Shown here in pieces: positions 54,579-64,000 of a stretch of 64,000 nucleotides of DNA (position 1 is the first letter of the stretch; each line of letters starts with the position of its first letter). Under the pieces are notes generated by a model that saw only the letters and a list, made by a program, of their open reading frames with translations, had not been told where the DNA came from and searched no databases. Made by a program: the position numbers and the translations under genes. This stretch comes from Diplonema japonicum (lineage: Eukaryota > Protista > Euglenozoa: Diplonemea): positions 310,001 through 374,000 of the forward strand of contig OZ025696.1 in the NCBI GenBank assembly GCA_964019335.1, in the 5' to 3' direction.

Positions 54579-56429
54579 TCACAGCGCGGTTAACCCGCTT
54601 TCTTTGGAGTTGGGGATTGCCACAACGGTGTGGTTTCGCTCGGCCTGTGCCTTGTAGAGAGGGGTATCGGTTTGCAATTCGTTTAATTTTGCATTGGGAC
54701 GGGATTTGAGCTCGATGACGAGGTGGGCAGAGTTCTTCTTGAGCTTGTGATAATCGACATCACAGGTGTTACACAGCATGCCACAGACTCCACATGCTCG
54801 AACCGCGGGTTGCTTCTCACACTCTTCACAGAATATTTCAGGGTGCCGCCGCTTCCGTTTGTTTTTATGCGGCGATGCTTTCGGCGACAACCCGTCATAC
54901 GAAGCATTTCCATCATCCTGGCTGTCATCATCGCTCGCACCACCACCAAGTTCTTGGTACCGTTCCGGTTTTTTAAGCGGGTTTTTCCGAGCCCTGTCTA
55001 ATCTGATAAGCTGTTGAACCTCATCGTCCAACGGTCGTAGAGCTTCTTGAATAAACGGTGGAAGACCCGATGCCTCGGCTTGTCGAATTGCCAATCTCCT
55101 GTAACGACCGGACGCCTCGTCGCTCAGCTGTATATCGTGAAGTGTTTCGAGATCAAGCAGATCTCCGACTGATTTTAAAATCGTGTACTTAGGCATTAAT
55201 CCAGGAATTAGAACCACGAACACCAACACGGTAGGAAGGACGGAGAAAATAAGTATTAAAAACCCGCCTTTTATGCCCCACAAGCGGGGCGCGAGGTTTG
55301 TCGTAATGGTGGCGAGGTAGAACACCTGGTACAAAAGCATGACTTGAAGCAGCGTCATTAAATGCTTGGGGTCGCCCTTCCAAAAATAATAATTCTGCGG
55401 GACGATCGGTTTCAACTTCTTCTCCTTCCGCATGGCCTCGATATTGTCCGCGAAGCGGTTGTAACTATACCGAACTTTTAAGTAACACATGATGATGACG
55501 GCTAAAGTTCCGTACCCTTCAATAGCGATGAAAAGGCCCATTGACACAAGATCGAAGGTTTGCCCGTACACTGGTGAACCACTGCTGGAACTTGATGAAC
55601 TGCAATCGCAAACTACCGACGAATTTGTAGCTGGATCGACAGGAGATTGTGCCTGTCCAGAAGACGATGATGAGGATAACGACAGCACAGCATCATCTGT
55701 GTCCGGCCCTACTATTTTTTCAGCGAGGAACGTCTGTACCGCCACGAAAAATACCAAAACAGCTAGCGCCCCCCACGCCGACGCGTGCAGATCTAGGAAC
55801 GACAAAAGTTCTTTTCTTTGTTGTTTTTTCATGTATCTTGTGAAGGATATCTTCTTGAAGTGCATCGGGACGTTCGAACGAAAGAACAACAAACACGACA
55901 GCATTCTGCTCCCCTCGGGGCATCTCTTCACATATTGCGCCAGTAAAGCTGTTCTGGTTGAAAGATCCGCACGGGGGTCGTTCTCAACCTCCGACAAAAC
56001 ATGTTCAAAAAATGACCATTGATACCATGATTTGTTGATGAACAGAAAAAGAACAGAAATAGAGACGATTAGGTTTATCGCCATGAAAAAGATGACGAAA
56101 TGGACGTAGTGGAAGAAGACGGCTTCGAAAAGAAGATCGCCGCCCGAGTTTTCCATGATAGTCAAGAGCAGGGATATCCCTCCAAGAATCATTACTTCTT
56201 TGTAGATGTGAGAAACGATTGCCTTCCCTGAGTTGCTCGTGACCATGTGGTCTATGTGGTGCGTCAACAGCTCGTAGAAGACTGACACGATAATCACCAT
56301 GAAGTACATTGCAAAAACTTCCCAAGGCCTGAGATCGATCTCCTGCCCTATCATGAAAATCGAGACACCTCCTGCCCCGTGCACCCCTGGTAAGAACCCG
56401 CATATTAGCAACAACGCACTTGGTTTCAT
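54579..56429 (-). CDS. MLO-like seven-TM protein with C-terminal B-box zinc finger
   Basis: MLO hallmarks: PW.V, S..YE..TH, IYKEVMILGGISLLL, HYVHFVIFFMA, W..FE, SFTRYM, FW..DP..L..LLQ..L.YQ.F. C-terminal CEEC..AV..C..C..LC..CD..H......H. Confidence 0.75.
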   Translation of the reverse strand: MKPSALLLICGFLPGVHGAGGVSIFMIGQEIDLRPWEVFAMYFMVIIVSVFYELLTHHIDHMVTSNSGKAIVSHIYKEVMILGGISLLLTIMENSGGDLLFEAVFFHYVHFVIFFMAINLIVSISVLFLFINKSWYQWSFFEHVLSEVENDPRADLSTRTALLAQYVKRCPEGSRMLSCLLFFRSNVPMHFKKISFTRYMKKQQRKELLSFLDLHASAWGALAVLVFFVAVQTFLAEKIVGPDTDDAVLSLSSSSSSGQAQSPVDPATNSSVVCDCSSSSSSSGSPVYGQTFDLVSMGLFIAIEGYGTLAVIIMCYLKVRYSYNRFADNIEAMRKEKKLKPIVPQNYYFWKGDPKHLMTLLQVMLLYQVFYLATITTNLAPRLWGIKGGFLILIFSVLPTVLVFVVLIPGLMPKYTILKSVGDLLDLETLHDIQLSDEASGRYRRLAIRQAEASGLPPFIQEALRPLDDEVQQLIRLDRARKNPLKKPERYQELGGGASDDDSQDDGNASYDGLSPKASPHKNKRKRRHPEIFCEECEKQPAVRACGVCGMLCNTCDVDYHKLKKNSAHLVIELKSRPNAKLNELQTDTPLYKAQAERNHTVVAIPNSKESGLTAL

Positions 56430-56489
56430 TTTTTTTTTTTTTTTTTTTTTTTTTTCAAAGTGGTTTTTTTAGCATTTTTTTTTTCCCCC

Positions 56490-56522
<33 letters not shown>

Positions 56523-56726
56523 CCAAAAGTTAGAAGAAAAAAAAAAGAATGAAAAAAGAGGTGAAAAAAAAGGGGATATCGGGTGTGTTTTTTTTTTTTT
56601 TTTTTGTTTCCTTTTATTTTCTCTCGTGTTTTTTTTTTTTTTTTTATATGGCATCGTTTCAAAAAAACCCCCCCCAAAATGAGGCCAATTGACACTTTCA
56701 ATATTTCTAAGTACTTTTTTCCAAAG

Positions 56727-58142
56727 AAAAAAAATTCTACAACTTTCCCGGCCCAGGTTAGGAAAAAAAACACCCCAGAAAATTGGAAAGTGAGTGTTAC
56801 TAGTACCCAAAAAATTCAGTCCTAGGGGTAAAAATGGGTTTTTTCACTTTGCACAAATTCAGTAAAAGAGGGGGTGACAAAAATGGATGCTTTTAAACTT
56901 GCTGTTGAGAAGCTAGGGGTAAAAAAAAATGGTATTCGGACCGAGAAAGGGTAAATGGGAACACCTCGGCGATCAGGACACTCGCCACAGAGGTTCTTCA
57001 GGAGCTCAGTGGCAACGACTGTGCTGCACTAGTTTGTGACGTAGTGTGTAAAGGGGAACTTTTAGCGGCACTTCTGCTATCATTTTCTGGTAGCCAACAA
57101 GACACCACACGGCGCCAATTGGTCAGAGGCATGAGGCTTGACCACATCACACATGATGAAATAAGGGCAGCTGGCCTTACTGTTGGAAAAGACTTGTTCC
57201 ACAGTAGCATGGTCACAGAAAAAAATAAAGAAAGAAATAGAGTGGATACTCTGGACTGACTGACGGTGGGCGTCACTTTCGTGCAAAGGAATTTTGCTAC
57301 TTTGTTCTTTTTGGTCTTCGTTATGTCTATCCTGATCGGACGTTTTCCCTGTGGTTTTTGGGGGAGAAACACGGCAAAAACAGCAGGGACAGCCACTTTG
57401 GTGTGCTCTCTCGTGTTTGGCTTTGGGTGCCTCGTTCCACAACAATTAAAACTGTGGAACAAATAGCTAACATCACCAATACGATACAGTGCGCCGTGCA
57501 TGTAGTTCCTGATGTCTTTGGCCCGTACAAAAAGAAAATTCTTGAGTTTCCGGATTTTACAGGTGCATATGAGCTCAGGAGCACACCGGAGGGTGTATTG
57601 CTACGTGCGCGTCCACGAGCTAGAAGGAACTAAAGTACATCATCAAAGAACTCGATGCAGACAGGGTAGAGAAAAGGCCCCCAGTCTATGAATCTTGTGA
57701 TGAGTATGAGGACGTTCCTGATAGCCTTCCCGGACTTGAAAAACGAGAAAGAATAGTAACCAAATTACGAAAATACTTGACACCCCATGACAAGCCAAAG
57801 CAAGTACACCTACGAATGAGCCTCTTAAAACCCCCCCAAAATGCGGTAGAAGGCCTAATAGTATGAAAAAGAAACGAGGTCGCCCACTCAGCAGCAGCAC
57901 ATCTCAGCCGCAGAAGACTAGGAAACGAAGGTTTCCACTTCCAACATCATTTCAGCCACCTTCTAGTAGTGAGTTCCGCTATTTCTTGCTATTGAAAGCA
58001 TACTCTCTGACTTTACCAAAACCACTAAAACCCGATTTTGACCCTAAAACTGAATTTTTCATAGGTCAAAATAGCACTCTTGAGCGATTTCTGACCCGGG
58101 TTCTTTCCTAATATGGGCCGGGAAATATGGAGAAACTTTTTT
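56727..58142 (+). mobile_element. Degenerate Sola-like DDD transposon with ~115-bp imperfect TIRs
   Basis: 56727-56845 (TTTCCCGGCCCA..TTAGGAAA..AAAAATTCAGT..TAGGG..AAAAT.GGGTTTT) is inverted at 58027-58142. Internal 57246-57633 reads ILWTDGGRHFRAKEF...FLGEKHGKNSRDSHFG, with a TGAC duplication frameshift. Confidence 0.65.
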
Positions 58143-58253
58143 AAAGGGCAACCTGTAGAAGGATAAGCCCCAGCAATGCCACCACTACTCTTTTTAGCAC
58201 TAACAATTCATTATCAATGTATTGTTGTTCTTGTTCATGCAAAAAAAAAAAAA

Positions 58254-58411
58254 AAAAAAAGAGTCGGCTGATTGTTTGTGCAAGCCGTTTTCACCTACAG
58301 TAGGGATAAACGGACAAGCTGCCTCTACTCTTTTTTGCAATAACAATTCTTTTCAAAAATTTGTTTACTTGTTCCAGCAAAAAAGAGTCGGCTGATTGTT
58401 TGTGCAAGCCG
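58254..58411. repeat. ~33-bp direct repeat pair 3' of the retroelement ORF
   Basis: AAAAAAGAGTCGGCTGATTGTTTGTGCAAGCCG ends at both 58287 and 58411. Confidence 0.85.
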
Positions 58412-58466
58412 GACCCCCCATATAGAGTAGGGTTAAGCGCCCAGGAATACCATGGGGCACCGGCCT

Positions 58467-59471
58467 CTACGTTTTCTTGGTGACCCACCTGCGCTGCCAA
58501 GCCAGCCTAGTGTAGGCGTCGGCGGGGTTGTCCTTCGATGGGACGTATCTCAGCTGGAGAGTACAATCCCGTTCCTGCAGTACGGATTGCAGCCTCGCGA
58601 TCCAACCCATCGTCCCTTCGTCGAGCGCGTATCCCCTTGCCACGGCCCCGATAACGGCCTTGTTGTCGCAGCCGCCCACAATGGCCAGACCGCCGCCTGC
58701 CCCCGACACGAGCTCCACGAGGCGTAACACCGCCACCAGCTCTTTCTCGAAGATCGGAATGTCCTTCCAATCCCGCGGAAACACGCCGCATGCGTAGCGG
58801 TCCTCGCCCACGGTGACACCCCATCCCAGCATGCTCGCGTCCGAGAAGGCCTCCACCGGATGTCTCGAGCGACGGTCCCAGACACACCACAAATTTTGGG
58901 CCAACTGTTCCGTCTCACCAGCCAGGCAAGTCCGTGTGTCCTCGTCCAAGGTAACCTCCGTCTCCCAAAAACTCTTCCGGCGCATGCGCTGACCCCTTGA
59001 AGTGCGGGACATCCAGCGAAGAATCGGAACCACCCCCCCGAAGGGCCTCAGCGTAGCATGCCGTCTCCAAAGCAGGACGCCGGCGAGCCTCCACCACAGT
59101 CTAACCGGTGCCTCCCGAGCGCGCAAGAGTGTAGAAGCGGGCCCGGCCACCTTCTGCACCCATCTTGTACTCATTCGCCATCGCTTCTCCCCGAGATCGA
59201 TCTCCAAACCGAGCGTCTCCATCTTGGAGCACGGCTCCACCCGGTCGCCAATCACCACGCGAAACTCCGTGCACAGCGACTCGAATCTGGCACAGACCTG
59301 TTGCAGGGCGGCAAGCGTAGCAGCTCCAAACAAGTTGTTGTCTATCCATGCGTGATGACGAGCAGGAACGTCCTCCGTCGCTGCAGCACCCAAAGCTAAG
59401 CATACCCGTTGAGCACCCTGCGGAGCCGCCCGATACCCCATGGGTAGCCTCGTCAGCCTGAAGTAGGAAGG
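58467..59471 (-). mobile_element. TATE/DIRS-group retrotransposon RT-RNase H (5' part lost in gap)
   Basis: RLPMG..AP..AQ, WIDN (YxDD equivalent), METLGLEID; RNase H FSDAS..GWG, IFEKELVA, CDNKAV, YVPSKDNPADA. Confidence 0.85.
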
Positions 59472-59671
59472 NNNNNNNNNNNNNNNNNNNNNNNNNNNNN
59501 NNNNNNNNNNNNNNNNNNNNNNNNNNNNNNNNNNNNNNNNNNNNNNNNNNNNNNNNNNNNNNNNNNNNNNNNNNNNNNNNNNNNNNNNNNNNNNNNNNNN
59601 NNNNNNNNNNNNNNNNNNNNNNNNNNNNNNNNNNNNNNNNNNNNNNNNNNNNNNNNNNNNNNNNNNNNNNN
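59472..59671. other. Assembly gap (200 N)
   Basis: Run of N. Confidence 1.
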
Positions 59672-59895
59672 AGAAGGCATTTAAAAAAAAAAAAAAAAAA
59701 AAACTTGTCGCACCTGCAGTAAATTCTAACGAGGGCACAAAGAACAACCAAGTATCATTTGTTATCTTTTTTTTATCCTTTTTTTTTTTATAAATAATTT
59801 TGAAAATATGGTAGCACGTGACTAGCGTCGACGGCTCCCAATGCAAGGGGGGTCTGTTGAAGCAAAAAAAACAAGAAGAAAAAAGAATTGGAATT

Positions 59896-60576
59896 CTACT
59901 GTTCAATCAAAGGCGTGACGCATTGCTCAGGGTACTCCTGGACTGCATCGGAGGATTCCAAACGGGTGTAGTAGATGAACCCAAAGAAAACAGGAATAAT
60001 AGACGTAAACAGATTTATAATAAGAACAACAATGGCAAACCCTGTGAAGCCCATAGAGGTGCGGGCGGAGGGGGCATCGCTGCAGTCGTTTGTGGACCAC
60101 GCCTCGCACGTCACATTGGCAACATCATTGTACGCATTGATCATGTCCCTGCTGCACGTGCTGTTCGCAAGGCAAGGAAGCTCATCCACAGCAAGGCTGC
60201 ATCCTTGAAAAAAACTCTGCCCTACCTGACAGGAAGCGGCCACCATGACAGTTGCAACAACTGTTAACATGACCTTCCCAACACCTGCTAGCAAGCCGTA
60301 CAGCACGTACACTGCCAGCATACCACGGTTTTTCCTTAAAATAGCAAACAGTCCCAACGGCACTGTGGTCCACAAGAGGACGGCGCCTGCAATGGCTGTG
60401 TTGCGCTCAGCGTCGGATTTCTCTGTGGTGGCGAGTGTCACCCCCACGATGACGGTGTTGATCAGCATTGAGATAAAGAGGTTCTCGAGGCAAATACGGT
60501 GCAGGTTCGTTATGTCCAGCCTTTCGCTCATAACCCATGACTTGAAGCAAACGACGCGCTCTGTCTTTTCGGCCAT
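59896..60576 (-). CDS. Tetraspanin-like 4TM protein, copy 2
   Basis: 4 TM helices; shared loop PCLANSTCSRDMINAYNDVANVTCEAWST.DC. Confidence 0.8.
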   Translation of the reverse strand: MAEKTERVVCFKSWVMSERLDITNLHRICLENLFISMLINTVIVGVTLATTEKSDAERNTAIAGAVLLWTTVPLGLFAILRKNRGMLAVYVLYGLLAGVGKVMLTVVATVMVAASCQVGQSFFQGCSLAVDELPCLANSTCSRDMINAYNDVANVTCEAWSTNDCSDAPSARTSMGFTGFAIVVLIINLFTSIIPVFFGFIYYTRLESSDAVQEYPEQCVTPLIEQ

Positions 60577-61358
60577 TTTTTTTCTTTTTTTTTTTTAAAC
60601 CTTTTTTACGTTTTGCTTCTTTTTTTTTTTTTTTTTTTTTTTTGGCAAAAACTGACACGGCAACAACATCTTTTATCTTCTTCTTCAAAGGGGAGGGAGG
60701 GGGAGGGGGTGCCGCGGAGTTGAATGCCCCACAAGACACACTCGACTGCACCAAGAGGCTATCCAACTTTTATTATTATACCAGCAGGGTGTAATAAGGC
60801 GTGGGGGGGGGGGGGGTTAAATGAAGATTCATGGGCGCACGTGTGTGACTCCAGTTTTTTTTTTTTTTCTTCAAACACATGTACTCACAATTGGAGAGAG
60901 TGAACGAGTAGAAAAAAGAAGAAGAAAAAGGCCAGTGTCACGCAAGCTCTGCGTGAGAGCCGCAGGCTAGAAGATAGTATGGTCACCACTGAGAGTCGCA
61001 CTACTTCATATGGTCCCAGGAGGTTCGGAGAGTACCGCTTTCGACCACGGTAAGAAGAGCGAACGGATTGTTATTTGTGGAAGGTTAAAGGCCGACAAAA
61101 GCCTGCCTTGACTTTTTTTTTTTTTCCATTGTGCGCAAAAAAAAAAAGAAAAAAAAAAGAAAAAATAGTTACAAAATGTTTCACCTAAAGAGATCTTTGT
61201 AACGCAGGGGGGGGGAATTCGATCTTTCAACGTCAAGGTGGCAAGTCGAACAACGCTCCAAGTGTACCATCAAAGTCAACTACACATTGGGGTGGGTTCT
61301 AACCGGCGCCACCTCTCAGAGATGGCGTGCCGGGTCCCTCGCGATAGGGTGCCGAAGC

Positions 61359-61405
<47 letters not shown>

Positions 61406-61533
61406 CTGTGCGCACAAACACAACAAGGGGCATGTATACTTGCCTTTGCTGCTTGCCGAATAGAGGGAGCGAGGGAGGTAGAAAAAGGAGCTAGAAGGAG
61501 GTTATTGAAAAAAATAAAATAAAAAAAAAGCTG

Positions 61534-62247
61534 CTATACAGCAGATAATTCCAGTGGTTTTTCCGTTTGCAAGATGAAATTGCTGTCCTTGCCACCACGT
61601 ACCACTACAGGGTCATACACCTCCCACCTGGTGTACAGAACAAAGCTCAAGTACACGGGAACGATGGAGGTGAATATACTAACTATCAGCGAGAAAATGG
61701 CAAACCCTGTGAAGCCCATAGAGGTGCGGGCGGAGGGGGCATCGCTGCAATCGTCTGTGGACCACGCCTCGCACGTCACATTGGCAACATCATTGTACGC
61801 ATTGATCATGTCCCTGCTACACGTGCTGTTCGCTAGACAGGGAAGCTCATCCACAACAGCAAAACCACATCCTTGAAACGAGCTCTGCTCAATCTGACAG
61901 GACGTCGCCACCATGACAGTCGCAACAACCGACAACAGGACCTTCCCAACACCTGCTAGCAAGCCGTACAGCACGTACACTGCCATCACACCACGGTTGT
62001 TCCTAAGAATGCCCCACAGGCCAAAGGGCAGTGCAGTGACAACAAGAATTACCCCTATAACAACAGAGCTTCGGTGGGCTATCGTAGTGTCCGACAGAGC
62101 CAGAGGGATCAAGGTGGTTACAGTGTTCATGAATGTGAAGATTAGGAGTTGTTTTAAGACGTTATGGCGAAGGTCAGACACTGTAAGCATATCTGGAACG
62201 CACCAAGACTTGCAGAGGTTCAGGGGCTGCGGTGGTGCTTCAGTCAT
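61534..62247 (-). CDS. Tetraspanin-like 4TM protein, copy 3
   Basis: Same topology and shared loop as copy 2. Confidence 0.8.
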   Translation of the reverse strand: MTEAPPQPLNLCKSWCVPDMLTVSDLRHNVLKQLLIFTFMNTVTTLIPLALSDTTIAHRSSVVIGVILVVTALPFGLWGILRNNRGVMAVYVLYGLLAGVGKVLLSVVATVMVATSCQIEQSSFQGCGFAVVDELPCLANSTCSRDMINAYNDVANVTCEAWSTDDCSDAPSARTSMGFTGFAIFSLIVSIFTSIVPVYLSFVLYTRWEVYDPVVVRGGKDSNFILQTEKPLELSAV

Positions 62248-62392
62248 TTTTATAACAATTCTTTTTTTTTAACCTGAGTGTACTTAGAAAAAGAAAGGGG
62301 GGGGGAGAAAAAATGTTTAAAATAATAATATCTGAAGCTAGGGGGGGAAGAAGACTCGGTAGGAAGAGGTTTTGGGCGTTGAAAACAGATAT

Positions 62393-62436
<44 letters not shown>

Positions 62437-63428
62437 GGAAGTTAGGAAATCTCAGAAAATTGAAGTAAATTCGAAAAACCGCAGGGAGTGAAAGGAGCAT
62501 TCCATGGTGTGCCATATAGTTAGCTTACCATCCATGTGGGGGAACAATCATGTTTTTTTTTTTTTTTTTCTCCTACGGTTTTCTTCAAGTTTGAAGAAGT
62601 TCCATAATCTTCCAATTAAATCGATATCTATCCGGCAACACGGACCCCGAACCCAATTAATTGAATTGAAAATAATTTTTTAAAAAAGAATAACCCGCTA
62701 GGATACAAAGGCTGGGGGGGCAAACAAAAGGCCCACTTAACAACAAGTGTCACCGTACTGGTTTGCGGGCCACTGTAGTAAGGGCATCTTTAAAACGAGG
62801 TAGAAAAAAAAATACGAAGGAAAAAAAAAAAAAAAAAGAAAGAAAGAAATGGGGTTAGGGGGTCAATCAAAAAAAAACCTTTTTTTTTCTTTTTTTTTTT
62901 ACTCGCCTTTCGTCATTTTCCTTATTAGCATTGTTGGGCTTATTATCCTTCTACAGGTTAATGCACAAACAACAAGTCGCAGGTGAAAAAGCAACTTAGC
63001 CTTGTACATAGTGTAAAGGACTTAACGAGAGGGGCGTAAAGAAAAAAAAAGAGCGTATTTACCGCCAAGATGACGAGCCATAATTCCACTCGTTTTGCCG
63101 TTTTCCTTTTTTTTTTTTTTTTTTTTTTTTTGGAAAACTCGAGTTGATAATTATGACCCATTATTTGTATTTTTTTTTTTTTTTTTTTCATCCTCTCTTT
63201 TTTTCTCATGTGATGAAGGTCGACAGTGGGAAAAAAAAAAAAAGAAAATTCGATAAAGCTCGTTCAATGTGCATGCGGGGTGCTTACTGTTCGGAGGAAA
63301 AAAAAAAAAAAGAAGTTGTAAGAAAAAGTCAGCAACCCCTGTGATGACAACTACAGCAGTGTCTCGGAAAAAAACCTGGGGGGGGGGGGGGGGGGCCAGC
63401 TTCGAAAAGCGAATTCAGATAGTTGCTA

Positions 63429-64000
63429 TTATTCTTTTTCTTCTAAACTTTGAACAGAAACAAAAGGGGTTAAGGCGGTCCCAACTTTAGTCCACTGTTC
63501 CAGCTCACCGGCTTCCAGCCTGATGTAGTACACAAAAGCGAAAGCAACCGGGATCAGAAAAGAAAATATATTTGAAGTAAACACCACACATTGCATCGGG
63601 GTGAAGCCCATAGAGGTGCGGGAGGAGGGGGCACTGTTGCAATCGTCTGTGGACCACGCCTCGCACGTCACATTGGCAACATCATTGTACGCATTGATCA
63701 TGTCCCTGCTACACGTGCTGTTCGCAAGGCAGGGAAGCTCATCCACAACAGCAACCCCACATCCTTGAAACGAGCTCTGCTCCATCTGACAGGACGCAGC
63801 CATCATGACGGCCGCACCTGTTATTACTGCAATCTTCATCATGATCACAACCAACCCATACAGAACGTATATAGCAGTAACGCCACGATTGCCTTTGAGC
63901 ACACCCCACATCCCAAGGGGGAAGGCTGACCACAGAAGGATGAGCCCTGCTATGGTTGCATTCCGCAGTGCAGTCGGTTGCGTAGACAGGGCAAGGGTGA
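63429..64000 (-). CDS. Tetraspanin-like 4TM protein, copy 4 (5' end beyond window)
   Basis: Frame open to the window edge (TLALSTQPTALRNATIAGLILLWSAFPLGMWG...); same loop. Confidence 0.8.
   Translation of the reverse strand, partial: TLALSTQPTALRNATIAGLILLWSAFPLGMWGVLKGNRGVTAIYVLYGLVVIMMKIAVITGAAVMMAASCQMEQSSFQGCGVAVVDELPCLANSTCSRDMINAYNDVANVTCEAWSTDDCNSAPSSRTSMGFTPMQCVVFTSNIFSFLIPVAFAFVYYIRLEAGELEQWTKVGTALTPFVSVQSLEEKE

Noticed and set aside
58420-58440. Telomeric repeat target next to the TATE-like element (TAGGGTTA)
   Set aside because: Single partial unit, expected by chance.
58467-59906. 479-aa ORF spanning the N run
   Set aside because: Artefact of translating through the gap; sequence right of the gap is AT-rich spacer.
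1-64000. SL RNA, rRNA or snoRNA genes
   Set aside because: No spliced-leader exon or rRNA signature recognised by eye; an Infernal search would be needed to exclude snoRNAs.

Overview
Eukaryotic (protist) nuclear DNA. It is intron-poor, with long A/T and G/C homopolymer spacers. Apart from a gene end at 1-174, every host gene lies on the minus strand. This layout, the TATE-like retroelement and the expanded receptor-cyclase and TPAPD-mucin families suggest a euglenozoan, most likely a diplonemid (inference). Single-copy host genes: a lipocalin, an AsaB/CmcJ-like Fe/2OG oxygenase, a type II membrane protein, a membrane-anchored astacin, a frameshifted mucin/multi-TM gene, a ~3,800-aa ankyrin-anoctamin, a CFAP119/C1a-32 flagellar protein and an MLO-like 7TM protein fused to a B-box. 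Multi-copy host genes: five receptor-type pseudo-cyclases, three spliced GH31 glycosidases with a PAN/apple-like tail tandemly co-duplicated with the cyclases, and four tetraspanin-like 4TM genes. Mobile DNA largely missed by the ORF track: an internally deleted hAT element next to a 184-bp perfect foldback, two Crypton-like tyrosine-recombinase remnants, a Sola-like TIR element and a TATE/DIRS-like RT-RNaseH fragment beside a 200-N gap. A recurring theme is mosaic paralogues in which some modules are nucleotide-identical while others are strongly diverged.
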